Shown piece by piece: positions 1-12,200 of a stretch of DNA of 64,000 bases. Numbering within the stretch: the stretch's first letter is position 1; every line of letters starts with the position of its first letter. The stretch comes from Azolla caroliniana (lineage: Eukaryota; Plantae; Polypodiophyta). Made by a program: the position numbers and the translations under genes. The stretch is from contig JBHGNT010000020.1 in NCBI GenBank assembly GCA_043228905.1, positions 1,922,001-1,986,000 on the forward strand, read 5' to 3'. Under the pieces are notes generated by a model. The model was not told where the DNA came from and ran no database searches. It worked only from the letters and a program-made list of their open reading frames with translations.

Positions 1-144
1 TGATGATGAAGCGGTTATTCTTCTTCTTATGTTGAGATAGTTTCTCGGCGTTGAACTTAAGAAGCAGAAATGTCTGTGGTGATGGAAGAAGGCAGGGGTA
101 GACGTGCAATGGGGAGCTCCTAACGCCATAGCTGAATCGGCCAT
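1..144 (-). CDS. 5' end of a probable host gene encoding an N-terminal plastid transit peptide; runs off the left edge
   Basis: Open minus frame from ATG at 144 in GCCATGG context: MADSAMALGAPHCTSTPAFFHHHRHFCFLSSTPRNYLNIRRRITASSS. MA start, Ser/Thr/Arg-rich, almost no acidic residues. Confidence 0.5.
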   Translation of the reverse strand, partial: MADSAMALGAPHCTSTPAFFHHHRHFCFLSSTPRNYLNIRRRITASSS

Positions 145-186
145 GGCCCCACCAAGCAAAAATCTGATTCTCTGAGCATAGATAGG

Positions 187-312
187 TATGCACATGCATG
201 TACATGTACATGTACATGTACATACATAGTGTATATACACATACATATACACATACATATATAGTGTATACATATACATATACATATACATATACACATA
301 CATACATATATG
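187..312. repeat. (TACA/TA)n microsatellite
   Basis: Visible tacatg/tacata/tata runs. Confidence 0.9.
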
Positions 313-458
313 CTCGTGTCTATGCTACATCAAATCATAAAGAGGGCTGGTGAGCGAATCACGGCCACAAACAGTGCAGGTCGCTTAGAGGAAGGCGCGT
401 GCGATCTGCACCGTCAGATTTCGATAAGGAAGAAGGCGCGAAAAAAAAACCTGTCAGA

Positions 459-609
459 GGTTGCCCAACTCTGAGTCGTTGGTCGCCCAACCCTGTCAGA
501 GGTCGCCCAACCACAATTGGTCGCCCAACTTTGATCGTTGCAAGTCGCCCAACCGTTGTAGGTCACCCAACCCTGACCTTTGCAGGTCGCCCAACCGTGT
601 TGCCCAACC
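459..609 (+). repeat. Left subterminal array of GGTCGCCCAACC (about 8 copies)
   Basis: Copies near 459, 481, 501, 519, 543, 561, 586 and 598. Confidence 0.9.
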
Positions 610-769
610 AAATGTATCATTTCGACCAAAATCTTCAAATAAGCTTGATCATTACCCTTAAAACTTACAATAACACATCAAAGAGTCACAAAATCCAGCC
701 TTAAATTATTCAAAATCAACAATCTTCACCATACTTAACATAAAACAAATAATCATCTTAAAACATAAA

Positions 770-1100
770 AGTTAAAAGTTAAAAAACATAAAACTTAAAA
801 CAGAGATCAACTTATAACATACTTGAAACATGAATCAAAATATGACATACTTGAAACATAAATCTACATACGACATATTTGAAACATAAAACTTAAAACA
901 TAAATCAACATATGACATACTTGAAAAATAAATCAACATATGACATCCTTTGAACGTAAATCCGCTTTAAACATCGTAAACCCAAATCAACATGTGACAT
1001 ACTTGAAACAGGAAACTTAAAACATAAATCAACAGATGACATACTCCCAAATGCACTCATAAATCAACATAAATCCACTTTAAACATTGTAAACCCAAAT
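770..1100. repeat. Degenerate AT-rich tandem repeat (AAATCAACATATGACATACTTGAAACAT-like)
   Basis: Recurrent aaatcaacat/gacatacttgaaaca units. Confidence 0.75.
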
Positions 1101-1131
1101 GCACTAGTCCGCAAAACCACTCAAGCTATGT

Positions 1132-2575
1132 TTATGGCTCATCTGGAAATGATGGCAAGATGCGGCCACAATTCTTGCAACAATCAACATTTGAGTCCCT
1201 TGATCTAAAGGTCAAGGCATCGCAATGCAAGCATCGAATCTTCTTTGTCACACATATTGGCAACCGCCTCTTAGCTCGACTTGCGCCTCTTTGCATTTTT
1301 TCAGTGTGTGCCTTGGAAGTGTTTGGGGAGCTGCCAATAAGATATTGTGAAATGTTAACTGATGCTCCCCTTTTTGCACCAATTGCTTGCTTACGCCTTA
1401 CGGATCCACGGTCTTCTTCATTGGTTGGTTTCGGTGCACCTGCGGGATACACCACCATCTGACTCATTTCTTCAATGGACTCCATACATGCCAAAATTGT
1501 TGCACGGTCGAGGGATCGTAACCCTTGCCTAAGACACTGAATAGCCCCCTCAGCCGTTTGTAATTTTGACTCCTATTCCTCCATTTGTGATGTTATAGGG
1601 TTTGTCTCCTCGACTAGTTCTACCTCTGTCTCCACTTCCGTCTCTATGAAATGGTCATTGCACATATGGGTTGCATGATCTATAAAAGGCAATGACCCAC
1701 ATAGATGTGGCATGTGCCTCTCAATAATCATCTTGATGCCAAATATATGCTTACATTTACTCGTAGGGTCTTGGCAATCACAATATGAGCATTGGAGCAA
1801 TACATTATACCATACATTCGGTTTTGTCAAGCTCAATATTTTAAACCAATATCGGGGCTCGTCCACAATATGCATTGTTGCATCATTAGTTTCATACCTC
1901 TCTAGTAGACTCTCTGCCTCTTCAAGTCTTGTTGTTTGATCCCTATAAATTGCACAGGGTGCAAATCTACCACTCTCACATATTTCTTATTGTTGCTTGT
2001 ACCATTCAATAATAGTACCCCCGATACAAGTGCCAGTTTGATTGTCCCCAATTAAAACATGCACAAGATCGATAATTGATCAGTTTATCCTCCCTCTCAA
2101 GCCAATATATTTGATAAACTGCCAATGTCTCTCCACAAGATTGGTAGTGTCAACATGTTTGTAGTTGAACATTCTACCAAATTTGGGCCACAGTTTCCTC
2201 CACACACATGTCAAGCCACACCATCCTCCTTCTATATATTGCCAAACACTTGGCTTGTTTGCATATTCTACCTTTAACTCCTCACATTGGGCATTGAATT
2301 GTGGATTCCGTAATGCATTGCATGAGTTGGCACATCCGATTATAAAGATGGTTTCTCTCAGTTGCACTTACCTTTGGCAACAAGTTGTCCAGCCATATTT
2401 TTTTTGCATGGAACTGACACAACAAAAGTCGACAATGTGTTTGTGACCTTTTCCCATTTGTAACTATCCAAGATAATCGGTCTATTGCAACCACATTACT
2501 TATGGCATTATATGATGTCCAACTTTTATCGATGACTATGGCATTTGGCCTCACATCGGGCATCCGTGCAAATAT
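1132..2575 (-). pseudogene. MULE transposase, C-terminal part (catalytic D/E, CxxH, SWIM zinc finger), frameshifted
   Basis: Fragments AIVIDKS, LLLCQFHAKKIW, DTTNLVERHWQFIK and CDCQDPTSKCKHIF (SWIM) lie in different frames. Confidence 0.85.
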
Positions 2576-3011
2576 TGTTGAGAAGCAAGCTCAACATGGT
2601 ATGTGATGCTTATTGGGAAATAAGCTATAGTAGCTATTTAGCTACTTGTGAACATAAGGAGAAACAACTAATTAGCTACAGACAGCTATTTAGCGATTGA
2701 CAGCTAATTAGCTGCATATGTAAGTAACTTATTACTTAGGTAAAAAAGTAAGAGAGTAGGTAAGTAAGAAATATACAGGAAGTAGAACTCTGAGAGAGAG
2801 AGTGAGGATAGAGAGGAAGAACTCAGAGAGTGAGAGCAGAAGAGAGAAACAGATGAGAGCAAGTAGAGCTCTACGTGTAATGAAATAGAAGAAGTTTTGG
2901 TTGCTACAGAAGTAAGTCTCCTTCCCCCTTCCCTTCTGTGTTTGAGCACCAAACGACGATCCGCCGCGCACATAAGAAGAGCCCGAGTGCCTTCTTCACG
3001 TTTTCTTAACA
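2576..3011 (+). repeat. 5' LTR of A
   Basis: Direct repeat of 23111-23559, followed by a tRNA-iMet PBS. Confidence 0.95.
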
Positions 3012-3149
3012 TGGTATCAGAGCAAGTTGCTCATAAAGAAGAGTACGGAAGTGCATAGATCTGAGAAAGGTATTTCTCTATTTGCTGATCTGAATTAGAA
3101 AGTTACTTGTTGAAGTAATCGTAGCAGAAACCCTAGTTTGGAAGAGATA

Positions 3150-4534
3150 ATGGCTGCAGAGAATGCGGGCCAAATAGTTACAGAGAAACTAGATAAAAAC
3201 AATTTCCCGGCGTGGAAATTTAGAATGACAAATTTCCTGATGGGGAAAGGATACTGGGATTACATTGAAGGAGACCTAGAAGAGGCTCCGAAGATCCTAG
3301 AAGAAAATTCCACAGTAGCACAGATTAAAGCATTCAAAGATTGGAATCAAGGGGCAAGGAAGGTAATGCATTGGCTCTCACTTAGCATCTCAAATTCGAT
3401 GCTTGGGCACATATAGGATGCTATGCTCCCAAAAGAAGCTTGGGACAGTTTGGTAAAACTGTTTGCAATAAACACAAAAGCTAGAAAGCTACAGTTGAAG
3501 ACTGAGCTAAATACCTTAGAAAAAGGTAAGATGTCAATAAATGAGTATGCTTTGAAAATAAAGAGCATATGTGAACCACTTGCTTTTATCAATGTAAAGA
3601 TAGAAGATGATGATAAGGTAGAAATATGCTTTAGAGGCTTAGGACCTCAATACAAAAGCTTTAAAACCTCTATGCTTACAAGGGATAGTATTCCAAGTAT
3701 TCCAGATCTGGTTTCAATGCTTGTAGTAGAAGAAAGGAATCAGATGGATGATGTAAATAAAGGAAATCTTGAGAATGAGAGGCAAGCCCTATATAATAGT
3801 GCTGGAAGAGGCCATGAAAGATTTGGCTCAGCAAGAACCAACAATAATGGTTATCAAGGAAGAGGACAACAAACCATTAGAGGAAGAAACAACAACAGAG
3901 GCAGGGGGAGCAACCAAGGTAGAGGTAAGCAAACATATGTAAATGATGATGGTTGTTGGTATTGTGGAAAACCAAGCCACACACAGGCTGAATGTTACAA
4001 GAAGCAAAATGATGAGCAAAGAGGAAAGAGACAGTAGAATAACTATGCCCAAACTAGTGAAGATTGTGAAAAAGATGGTGCATTTGTGGTACAACATGAG
4101 ATAGCAACAGTGGCTGAAAGCTCACAGAAATGTGATGAAGAGTTTACATGGTATGTAGAGTCGGGGGCATCTAACCATATGATTGGACATGCAAACTTGT
4201 TTGAAAGGTTAAGAGAACCAGAGATTCCTGGCTATGTACAGACGGGTGATAATAGTACTCACCAAAGAGAACATGTTGGAGATATCCCATTGTGGGAAGA
4301 AAAAGGAAAGACTAAGTATATGTTGAATGTAATGCATGTTCCAAATCTTGGTAAGAATCTGATTTCTGTTGGACAGATAGTAGAGCAAGGTATGCAAGTA
4401 AAGTTTAAGCAAAGTGGATGCTATATAGAAAAGAATGGGAAGCTCATTGCAAAAGGAAAACGATAAGGAAGAATGTTTATTTTGGATGTTGACATGCCTA
4501 AACAGATTTCAGCTATGTTTGCAAATGGAATGAG
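3150..4534 (+). pseudogene. A gag and protease (stops and frameshift)
   Basis: EKLDKNNFPAWKFRM; zinc knuckle CWYCGKPSHTQAEC; protease WYVESGASNHM. Confidence 0.9.
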
Positions 4535-7500
4535 TGTTGAGAGACAAGCTCAACATCAGCCGGATCGGCTGAAGAAGCCAAGGACCGGATCAATTGGGAC
4601 CGATCGGTTAGGCCGAGTGCGTAAACCGGGAGGCCGTTAGGAAAGATATTCCGTGAGGAATATATTTGGGAGTTAGTCTAGGAGCTCTTAAAGAGCATTA
4701 AAGTACGGTTAGTACTTCGGTCAGTCCTTCGAGGACTTGTATAAAAGTGTTCATGGAACACATATATGTATAGAGTGTGGTGAATAGAGTCTTTAATATA
4801 GTTCTTGTGTTTTCTCTCTCACTCTCTCTGTCTCTCCCGTGTATACTACTTAAGCTCAAGCTCTCCATTAAACCTGATTGTTCTTCCTTCTGTTCTGTCT
4901 TCATACTTGCTTCCGCACGTTACTTTTTACATGGTATCAGAGCGCGAGGGTTGAGAACCTCTCTACAGCCGACACAGCTTGACGAAGAAGAACAAGAAGA
5001 ACGATGGATAGAGGCATGGCGAGCTCGCTTCCAACAGAGAAGCTCGACAGAACCAACTACGCCTCTTGGTCCTACAAGATGCACCAGTACCTGCTCAGGC
5101 ACGGCTACTGGAGTTATGTCGAAGGAGCTAATGACGCGGCACCCGAATCGACACACAGAGACTTCCCGTCGTGGGAGCAATCAGCGAGCAGGGTATTATA
5201 CTGCTTCGCGTCGTGTGTGGGCGAACAACTATTTAGCTATGTTCGGGATGCAAAGACGCCGAAGGGTGCGTGGGAAAATCTGAAGAAGATCTACGCCGCG
5301 AGCACCACAGTCAGGAAGCTTCAGCTCCGACAGGAGTTGAACAACCTACGACAACGCGACTTGTCGGTGGCGGACTATACCTCGAAGATCAAGGATATCT
5401 GCGACTCCCTCGCCTCCATAGAGGTGAACATCGAGGAGAGCGAGATGGTCCAGATCTGTCTCGGAGGTTTGGCGTCGAAGTTCGGAGCGTTCCGAATGGC
5501 TGTGTGTACCCGGGAGAATACGCCGTCCTTTTTCGACTTACAGTCAATGCTTCTGGTAGAGGAGAACCACGTGGGTGCGTCTACAAGCACGCACACCGAC
5601 AGCAGAATGTTGTACACGGAGGGAGTTAGGCCCCGTGGACGTGGAGGACGAGGCGAGTCGGCGCGCAATGGAGGCGGCCGACGAGATCAAGGAAGAAGGC
5701 ATTGAAGTGATGCCGACAGCAACTCCGGACCCTCCGGAAACAGGGGGCGTCGAAGCGATGAGAACCGGCAAGGGAAGGCCATCGCGGAGTGCTGGTACTG
5801 TGGCAAGAAAGGCCATAGGGAAAGTGAGTGCTGGAAGAAGCGCACCGACTCGGAGAGAACCGGTTCCGGAAACGGCTCCGGACATACCGACAAGGGAAAT
5901 CGGCAGCGATCACACTGCGCCGAAGACTACGGGAGAGCCGGAGAAGGGTCTGTCTTCGTGACGAGACATGAAGCAAACTCAATGAAACAGAACACCCCGA
6001 GATCAGACGAGGTGTGGTACGTAGACTCCGGCGCGTCAAATCACATGACGAGCCATAAGGAGTGGTTCTCGTACCTTGAAAATCCGATACAACCTGGAGT
6101 AGTCGCAACTGGAGACGACACTCCACATCTGATAGCGAATGTCAGAGAAGTTCCCCTTAGCCATGTCGGGCAGAAAGGGAAACTCATGAACGTGCTGCAC
6201 GTTCCGACAATCACGAAGAACTTGGTCTCGGTCGGACAGATTGTCGACCAAGGGATGGAGGTTCGGTTTACACACCTTGGGTGCTTCATTGAGGAAGAAG
6301 GCCGTGTGATTGCGCAAGGGCGCAGAGACGGGAGGATGTTCATCCTCGATTCCACTGACGGCGACACCACAATGTTCGTGAAGGGACAAAAATCTGAATC
6401 GGACATCGACTTGTGGCACAAGCGGATTGGCCACGTCAACTACCAACGGCTTCAAGATCTGCAATCGAAACAAGTAGTGTTAGGATTGCCCAAATTTAGT
6501 GGCCAAAAGACAAAATTTGTGAAGCCTGCCAGCTCGGGAAGCAACACCGACTTCCTTTCCCCAATGAGCGAAACCGGAGCCGGAACAAGCTCGACCTTAT
6601 ACACTCCAATGTATGGGGGCCGGCACAAAACGTTAGTCTTGGCGGGAGCCGATACTTCGTCTCCTTCATCGACGACCACACGCGGCACACGTGGATCTAC
6701 CTCATTGAGAGGAAGAGCGAAGTCTTCGACTGTTTCCGGGACCTCAAAGGGTTCCTGGAAACGAAAATGGGACGAAAGATCTAGTGCCTGCGGTCGGATG
6801 GCGAGAAAGAGTACTTTTCTGGTCAATTCAACGGTTATCTACAACAAATGGGAATTCGGCGCGAATTCAGTTGTAGATACACGCCAGAGCAGAACGGCGT
6901 GGCCGAGAGGATGTAAAGAATGCGTTCCTGCAAGGTGACCTTGAGGAACATGTGTACATGGTACAGCCTCCCGGATTTCACTCCGAAACGAACTCCTCGG
7001 CAGTATGCCGACTAAAGAAGTCCCTTTACGGACTGAAGCAAGCCCCGCGAGCCTGGAACGCGAAGATCACGCAACAACTGCGTCGGATGGGCTTCGTCAC
7101 ATCAAAATCGGACTCTTCCCTGTTCATCCGGAAAGGTTGACTCGGACCGGTTAGTATTTTACTATATGTTGATGACTTGGTCATCACAGGCGCCGACCTA
7201 CGTGAAATCGACCGCGTGAAGCTCCAGCTTGCGGCATCGTTCGACATGAAGGATCTGGGGGACCTTCATTACTTCCTCGGGATCGAAGTGATCCGTACCC
7301 CCGAAGGCATATTGATCAGCCAACGTAATTACGTGTTGAGTATGCTCTTCAAATTCGGGATGGCCGACTGTAAGTCCGTCTCGACTCCTTTGGACTGAAC
7401 CGTCAAGCTTCGTCCTGATACGGGAAAGGTATGCGACCCGACGAGGTTCCAATAAATTGTCAGAAGCCTCATATACTTGACCATCACCCGACCCGACCTC

Positions 7501-9034
7501 AGTTATCCGGTCAGAGTGATCAGTCAGTTCATGGCGCGACCTACCGAGGAGCACCTTCAGTGTGCGCAACGCATACTTCGGTATGTCAACGGCACTAAGG
7601 ACCGGGGACTGCTATATCGGACCGGTGCAGCCGCGCAGTTAGTCGGCTACACCGATGCTGATTGGGCTGGCAACGCCGCCGATCGCCGATCCACGTCTGG
7701 ATACGCGTTCTCCCTCGGGAGTGCCGCGATCGCGTGGAGTAGTAAGAAGCAGCCGACAGTTGCACTGTCGAGCACCGAAGCTGAGTACCGAGGAGCGGTT
7801 GTCGCGACATGCGAAGCCATATGGTTGAAGCAGCTACTTAAGGACCTGCAAGAGGAGGTGTCCGATCCAGCAACGATCTACTGCGACAACCTCAGCAACA
7901 TCCAACTCGCGAAGAACCTCGTCTTCCACGCACGGACCAAGCACATTGAGGTGCACTACCATTTCGTCCATGAGTGTGTCCTTTCCGGTGAAGTCGAACT
8001 TCAGTACGTTCCGACGGATCGGCAGACTGCCGACATCTTCACCAAGCCTCTTGGTCTGGACAATTTGCGGCAATTCTCAGGTGCGCTCGGATTGCGTCAC
8101 CTCGACGTGCCAAACTTGAGGGGGAGAACAGTCCCAAGGCAGCAGGAAAGGAGCGGAGACCACGACACCACCGAGTCGGTTGACGAGTTCAACTTCGGAT
8201 CGGCTGAAGAAGCCGAGGGCGTACCCACGGAAAAGTTCGGAAGAGGACAGAAGGGGAGCAACCGAAGGAGAGAGCCGAAGCCAACCACGCATGGGGAAGA
8301 TGACGCCATCAAGGGCGAGAAGACCGAAGACGAGTTGGAGACAGCCAACTCGGACGGGAGCGAAAACCGATCGGAGGTAGACGAGTCAGTTCGGATGTTT
8401 GATTCAGATACGCTGAATCAACCGAGGCCCAAGCGGAAGAAAAGGCAGTAGGAGAAGCGTCAACACTACAACAGCAGAAGAGCTTATAAGGGCCACATGA
8501 GCAGACAAGCCGATCGGAAGGGTCGAAGCGCGCGGAGTCGAACAGGTTGAGGAGCATGAGCGAGGCGTGAATCCAGGAGGAACCGGAGCTGTGAGCCCGA
8601 GGATCCCGAAGAGCCTCGAGTTGAGCTTGAGGGGGAGTGTTGAGAGACAAGCTCAACATTGGCCGGATCGGCTGAAGAAGCCGAGGACCGGATCGGTTGG
8701 GACCGATCGGTTAGGCCGAGTGCGTAAACCGGGAGGCCGTTAGGAAAGATATTACGTGAGGAATATATTTGGGAGTTAGTGTAGGAGCTCTTAAAGAGCA
8801 TTGAAGTACGGTCAGTACTTCGGTCAGTCCTTCGAGGACTTGTATAAAAGTGTTCATGGAACACATATATGTATAGAGTGTGGTGAATAGAGTCTTTAAT
8901 ATAGTTCTTGTGTTTTCTCTCTCACTCTCTCTGTCTCTCCCGTGTATACTGCTTAAGCTCAAGCTCTCCATTAAACCTGATTGTTCTTCCTTCTGTTCTC
9001 TCTTCATACTTGCTTCCGCACGTTACTTTTTACA
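4535..9034 (+). mobile_element. Copia element B1 (GC-rich), internally deleted
   Basis: LTRs 4535-4931 and 8638-9034 (397 bp each); TSD ATGAG/ATCAG; PBS 4932-4943; PPT 8628-8637; about 1.18 kb missing at 6909-6913 relative to B2. Confidence 0.96.
5004..8451 (+). pseudogene. B1 gag-pol with stops, frameshifts and an INT/RT deletion
   Basis: CWYCGKKGHRESEC, WYVDSGASNHM, YVDD, ADIFTK motifs. Confidence 0.92.
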
Positions 9035-9277
9035 ATCAGTGTAGTCTCAGATGTGGAAATGTGGCATAAAAGGATTGGCCAGATAAGTAGGCAAACCCTA
9101 AAGAATATGTTGAGAAAAGATGCAGTGGTAGAACTGCCAAAACTGAAAAATTGTGAACTAGGAAAGATATGTGAAGCATTCCCTCATGAAAGACATGTAA
9201 GAAAAAATTCATTGGATTTGGTACATACAAATGTATGGGAACCAACTAAGAATGCATCTATCGGTGGCTGCAGATTC
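9035..9277 (+). pseudogene. Fragment of A (GAG-pre-integrase/integrase start) between B1 and B2
   Basis: MWHKRIGQ...CEA...LDLVHTNVW. Confidence 0.85.
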
Positions 9278-12200
9278 TGTTGAGAGAAAAGCTCAACATC
9301 GGCCGGATCGGCTGAAGAAGCCGAGGACCGGATCGGTTGGGACCGATCGGTTAGGCCGAGTGCGTAAACCGGGAGGCCGTTAGGAAAGATATTCCGTGAG
9401 GAATATATTTGGGAGTTAGTGTAGGAGCTCTTAAAGAGCATTGAAGTACGGTTAGTACTTCGGTCAGTCCTTCAAGGACTTGTATAAAAGTGTTCATGCA
9501 ACACACATATGTATAGAGTAGTGAATAGAGATCTTTTGTTGAATATATAGTTCTTGTGTTCTCTCTCTCTCACTCTCTCTGTCTCTCCCCCGTATATTGC
9601 GTAAGCTCAAGCTCTCCATTAAACCTGAGTTTTCTTCCTTCTGTTCGGTCTTCATAATACTGCGTAAGCTCAAGCTCTCCATTAAACCTGAGTTTTCTTC
9701 CTTCTGTTCGGTCTTCATAATAGCTTCCGAACGCTACTTTCTACATGGTATCAGAGCGCGAGGGTTGAGAACCTCTCTACAGCCGACACAGCTTGACGAA
9801 GAAGAACAAGAAGAACGATGGATAGAGGCATGGCGAGCTCACTTCCAAAAGAGAAGCTCGACAGAACCAACTACGCCTCTTGGTCCTACAAGATGCACCA
9901 GTACCTGCTCAGGCACGGCTACTGGAGTTATGTCGAAGGAGCTAATGACGCGGCACCCGAATCGACACACAGAGACTTCCCGTCGTGGGAGCAATCAGCG
10001 AGCAGGGTATTATACTGCTTCGCGTCGTGTGTGGGCGAACAACTATTTAGCTTTGTGGGAAAATTAGAAGGGTGCGTGGAAAATCTGAAGAAGATCTTCG
10101 CCGTGAGCACCACAGCCAGGAAGCTTCAGCTCCGACAAGAGTTGAGCAACCTACGACAACGCGACTTGTCGGTGGCGGACTATACCTCGAAGATCAAGGA
10201 TATCTGCGACTCCCTCGCCTCCATAGAGGTGAACATCGAGGAGAGTGAGATGGACCAGATCTGTCTCGGAGGTTTGGCGTCGAAGTGCGGAGCGTTCCGA
10301 ACGGCTGTGTGTACCCGGGAGAATACGCCGTCCTTTTTCGACTTACACTCAATGCTCCTGGTAGAGGAGAACCACGTGGGTGCGTCTACAAGCACGCACA
10401 CCGACAGCAGAATGTTGTACACGGAGGGAGGTAGGCCCCGTGAACGTGGAGGACGAGGCGAGTCGGCGCGCAATGGAGGCGGCCGACGAGATCAAGGAAG
10501 AAGGCACCGAAGTGATGCCGACAGCAACTTCGGACCCTCCGGAAACAGGGGGAGTCAAAGCGATGAGAACCGGCAAGGGAAGGCCATCGCGGAGTGTTGG
10601 TACTGTGGCAAGAAAGGCCATAGGGAAAGTGAGTGCTGGAAGAAGCGCGTTGATTCGGAGAGAACCGGTTCCGGAAACGGCTCCGGACATACCGACAAGG
10701 GAAATCGGCAGCGATCACACTACGCCGAAGACTCCGGGAGAGCTAGAGAAGGGTCTGCCCTCGTGACGATACACGAAGCAAAGTCAATGAAACGGATCAC
10801 CCCGAGATCGGATGACGTGTGGTACGTAGACTCCGGTGCGTCAAACCACATGACGAGCCATAAGGAGTGGTTCTCGTACCTTGAAAAAACCGATACAACC
10901 TGGAGTAGTCGCAACTGGAGACGACACTCCGCATCCGATCGCGAATGTCGGAAAAGTTCCCCTTAGCCATGTCGGGCAGAAAGGGAAACTCATGAACGTG
11001 TTGCACGTTCCGACAATCACGAAGAACTTGGTCTAGGTCGGACAGATCGTCGACCAAGGGATGGAGGTTCGATTTACACACCTCGGGTGCTTCATTGAGG
11101 AAGAAGGCTGTGTGATTGCGCAAGGGCGCAGAGACGAGAGGATGTTCATCCTCGACTCCACTGACGGCGGCATCGCAATGTTCGCGAAGGGAAGAAAAAC
11201 CGAGTCGGACATCGACTTGTGGCACAAGTGGATAGGCCACGTCAACTACCAGCGGCTTCAAGATCTGCAATCGAAACAGGTAGTGTTTGGATTGCCCAAA
11301 TTCAGTGGCCGAAAGGCAAAAATTTGTGAAGCCTGCCAGCTCGGGAAGCAACACCGACTTCCTTTCCCAAACGAGCAAAACTGGAGCCGGAATAAGCTCG
11401 ACCTTATACACTCCGATGTATGGGGGCCGGCACAAAACGTTAGTCTTGGCGGGAGCCGATATTTCGTCTCCTTCATCGACGACCACACGCGGCACACGTG
11501 GATCTACCTCATTGAGAGGAAGAGCGAAGTCTTCGACTGTTTCCGGGACCTCAAAGGGTTCGTGGAAACGGAAACGGGACGAAAGATCTAGTGCCTGCGG
11601 TCGGATGGCGGGAAAGAGTACTTTTCTGGTCAATTCAACGGTTACCTACAACAAATGGGAATTCGCCGCAAATTCAGTTGTAGATACACGCCAGAGTAGA
11701 ATGGCGTGGCCGAGAGGATGAATCGGTCAGTTGTGGAAGCGGCACGGTCAATGTTGGAGGAGAAGAGCTTGCCCAAGTTCTACTGGGCCGAGGCGGTAAG
11801 GACCGCGGTATACATCCAGAACCGGATCAGAGACAAAGTGTTGGCGCACGAGATGTATTTCGGAACGAAGCCGAACTTGCGACACTTGAGGGTGTTCGGT
11901 AGCATTGCGTATGTGCATGTACCGAAGGAGAAAAGGAGGAAGCTGGATGCAAAGGCCGAGAAATGCATCGTGGTTGGTTACTCGGACGAGCAGAAGGGTT
12001 ATAACTGTTATAACCCTAGCACCAAACAAGCGCGTGTTAGCCGCGACGTTGTGTTTGATGAGTCCGCGTACTAGTACCAGCCCCCAACTCCGAACCCCGA
12101 CTCCAATCCGAGCTCTGACGATGAGGTCAGTGAGGCCGAGATGCTTCCGGATGAGCCCGAAATCGAGACCCGCGAAGAGAGTCCGATTTCACTCCGTTTA

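Noticed and set aside
459-609. Repeat-spacer pattern resembling a CRISPR array (also 24660-24998)
   Set aside because: Repeats are only 12 bp with irregular short spacers, there are no cas genes, and the context is eukaryotic. Better explained as transposon subterminal motifs.
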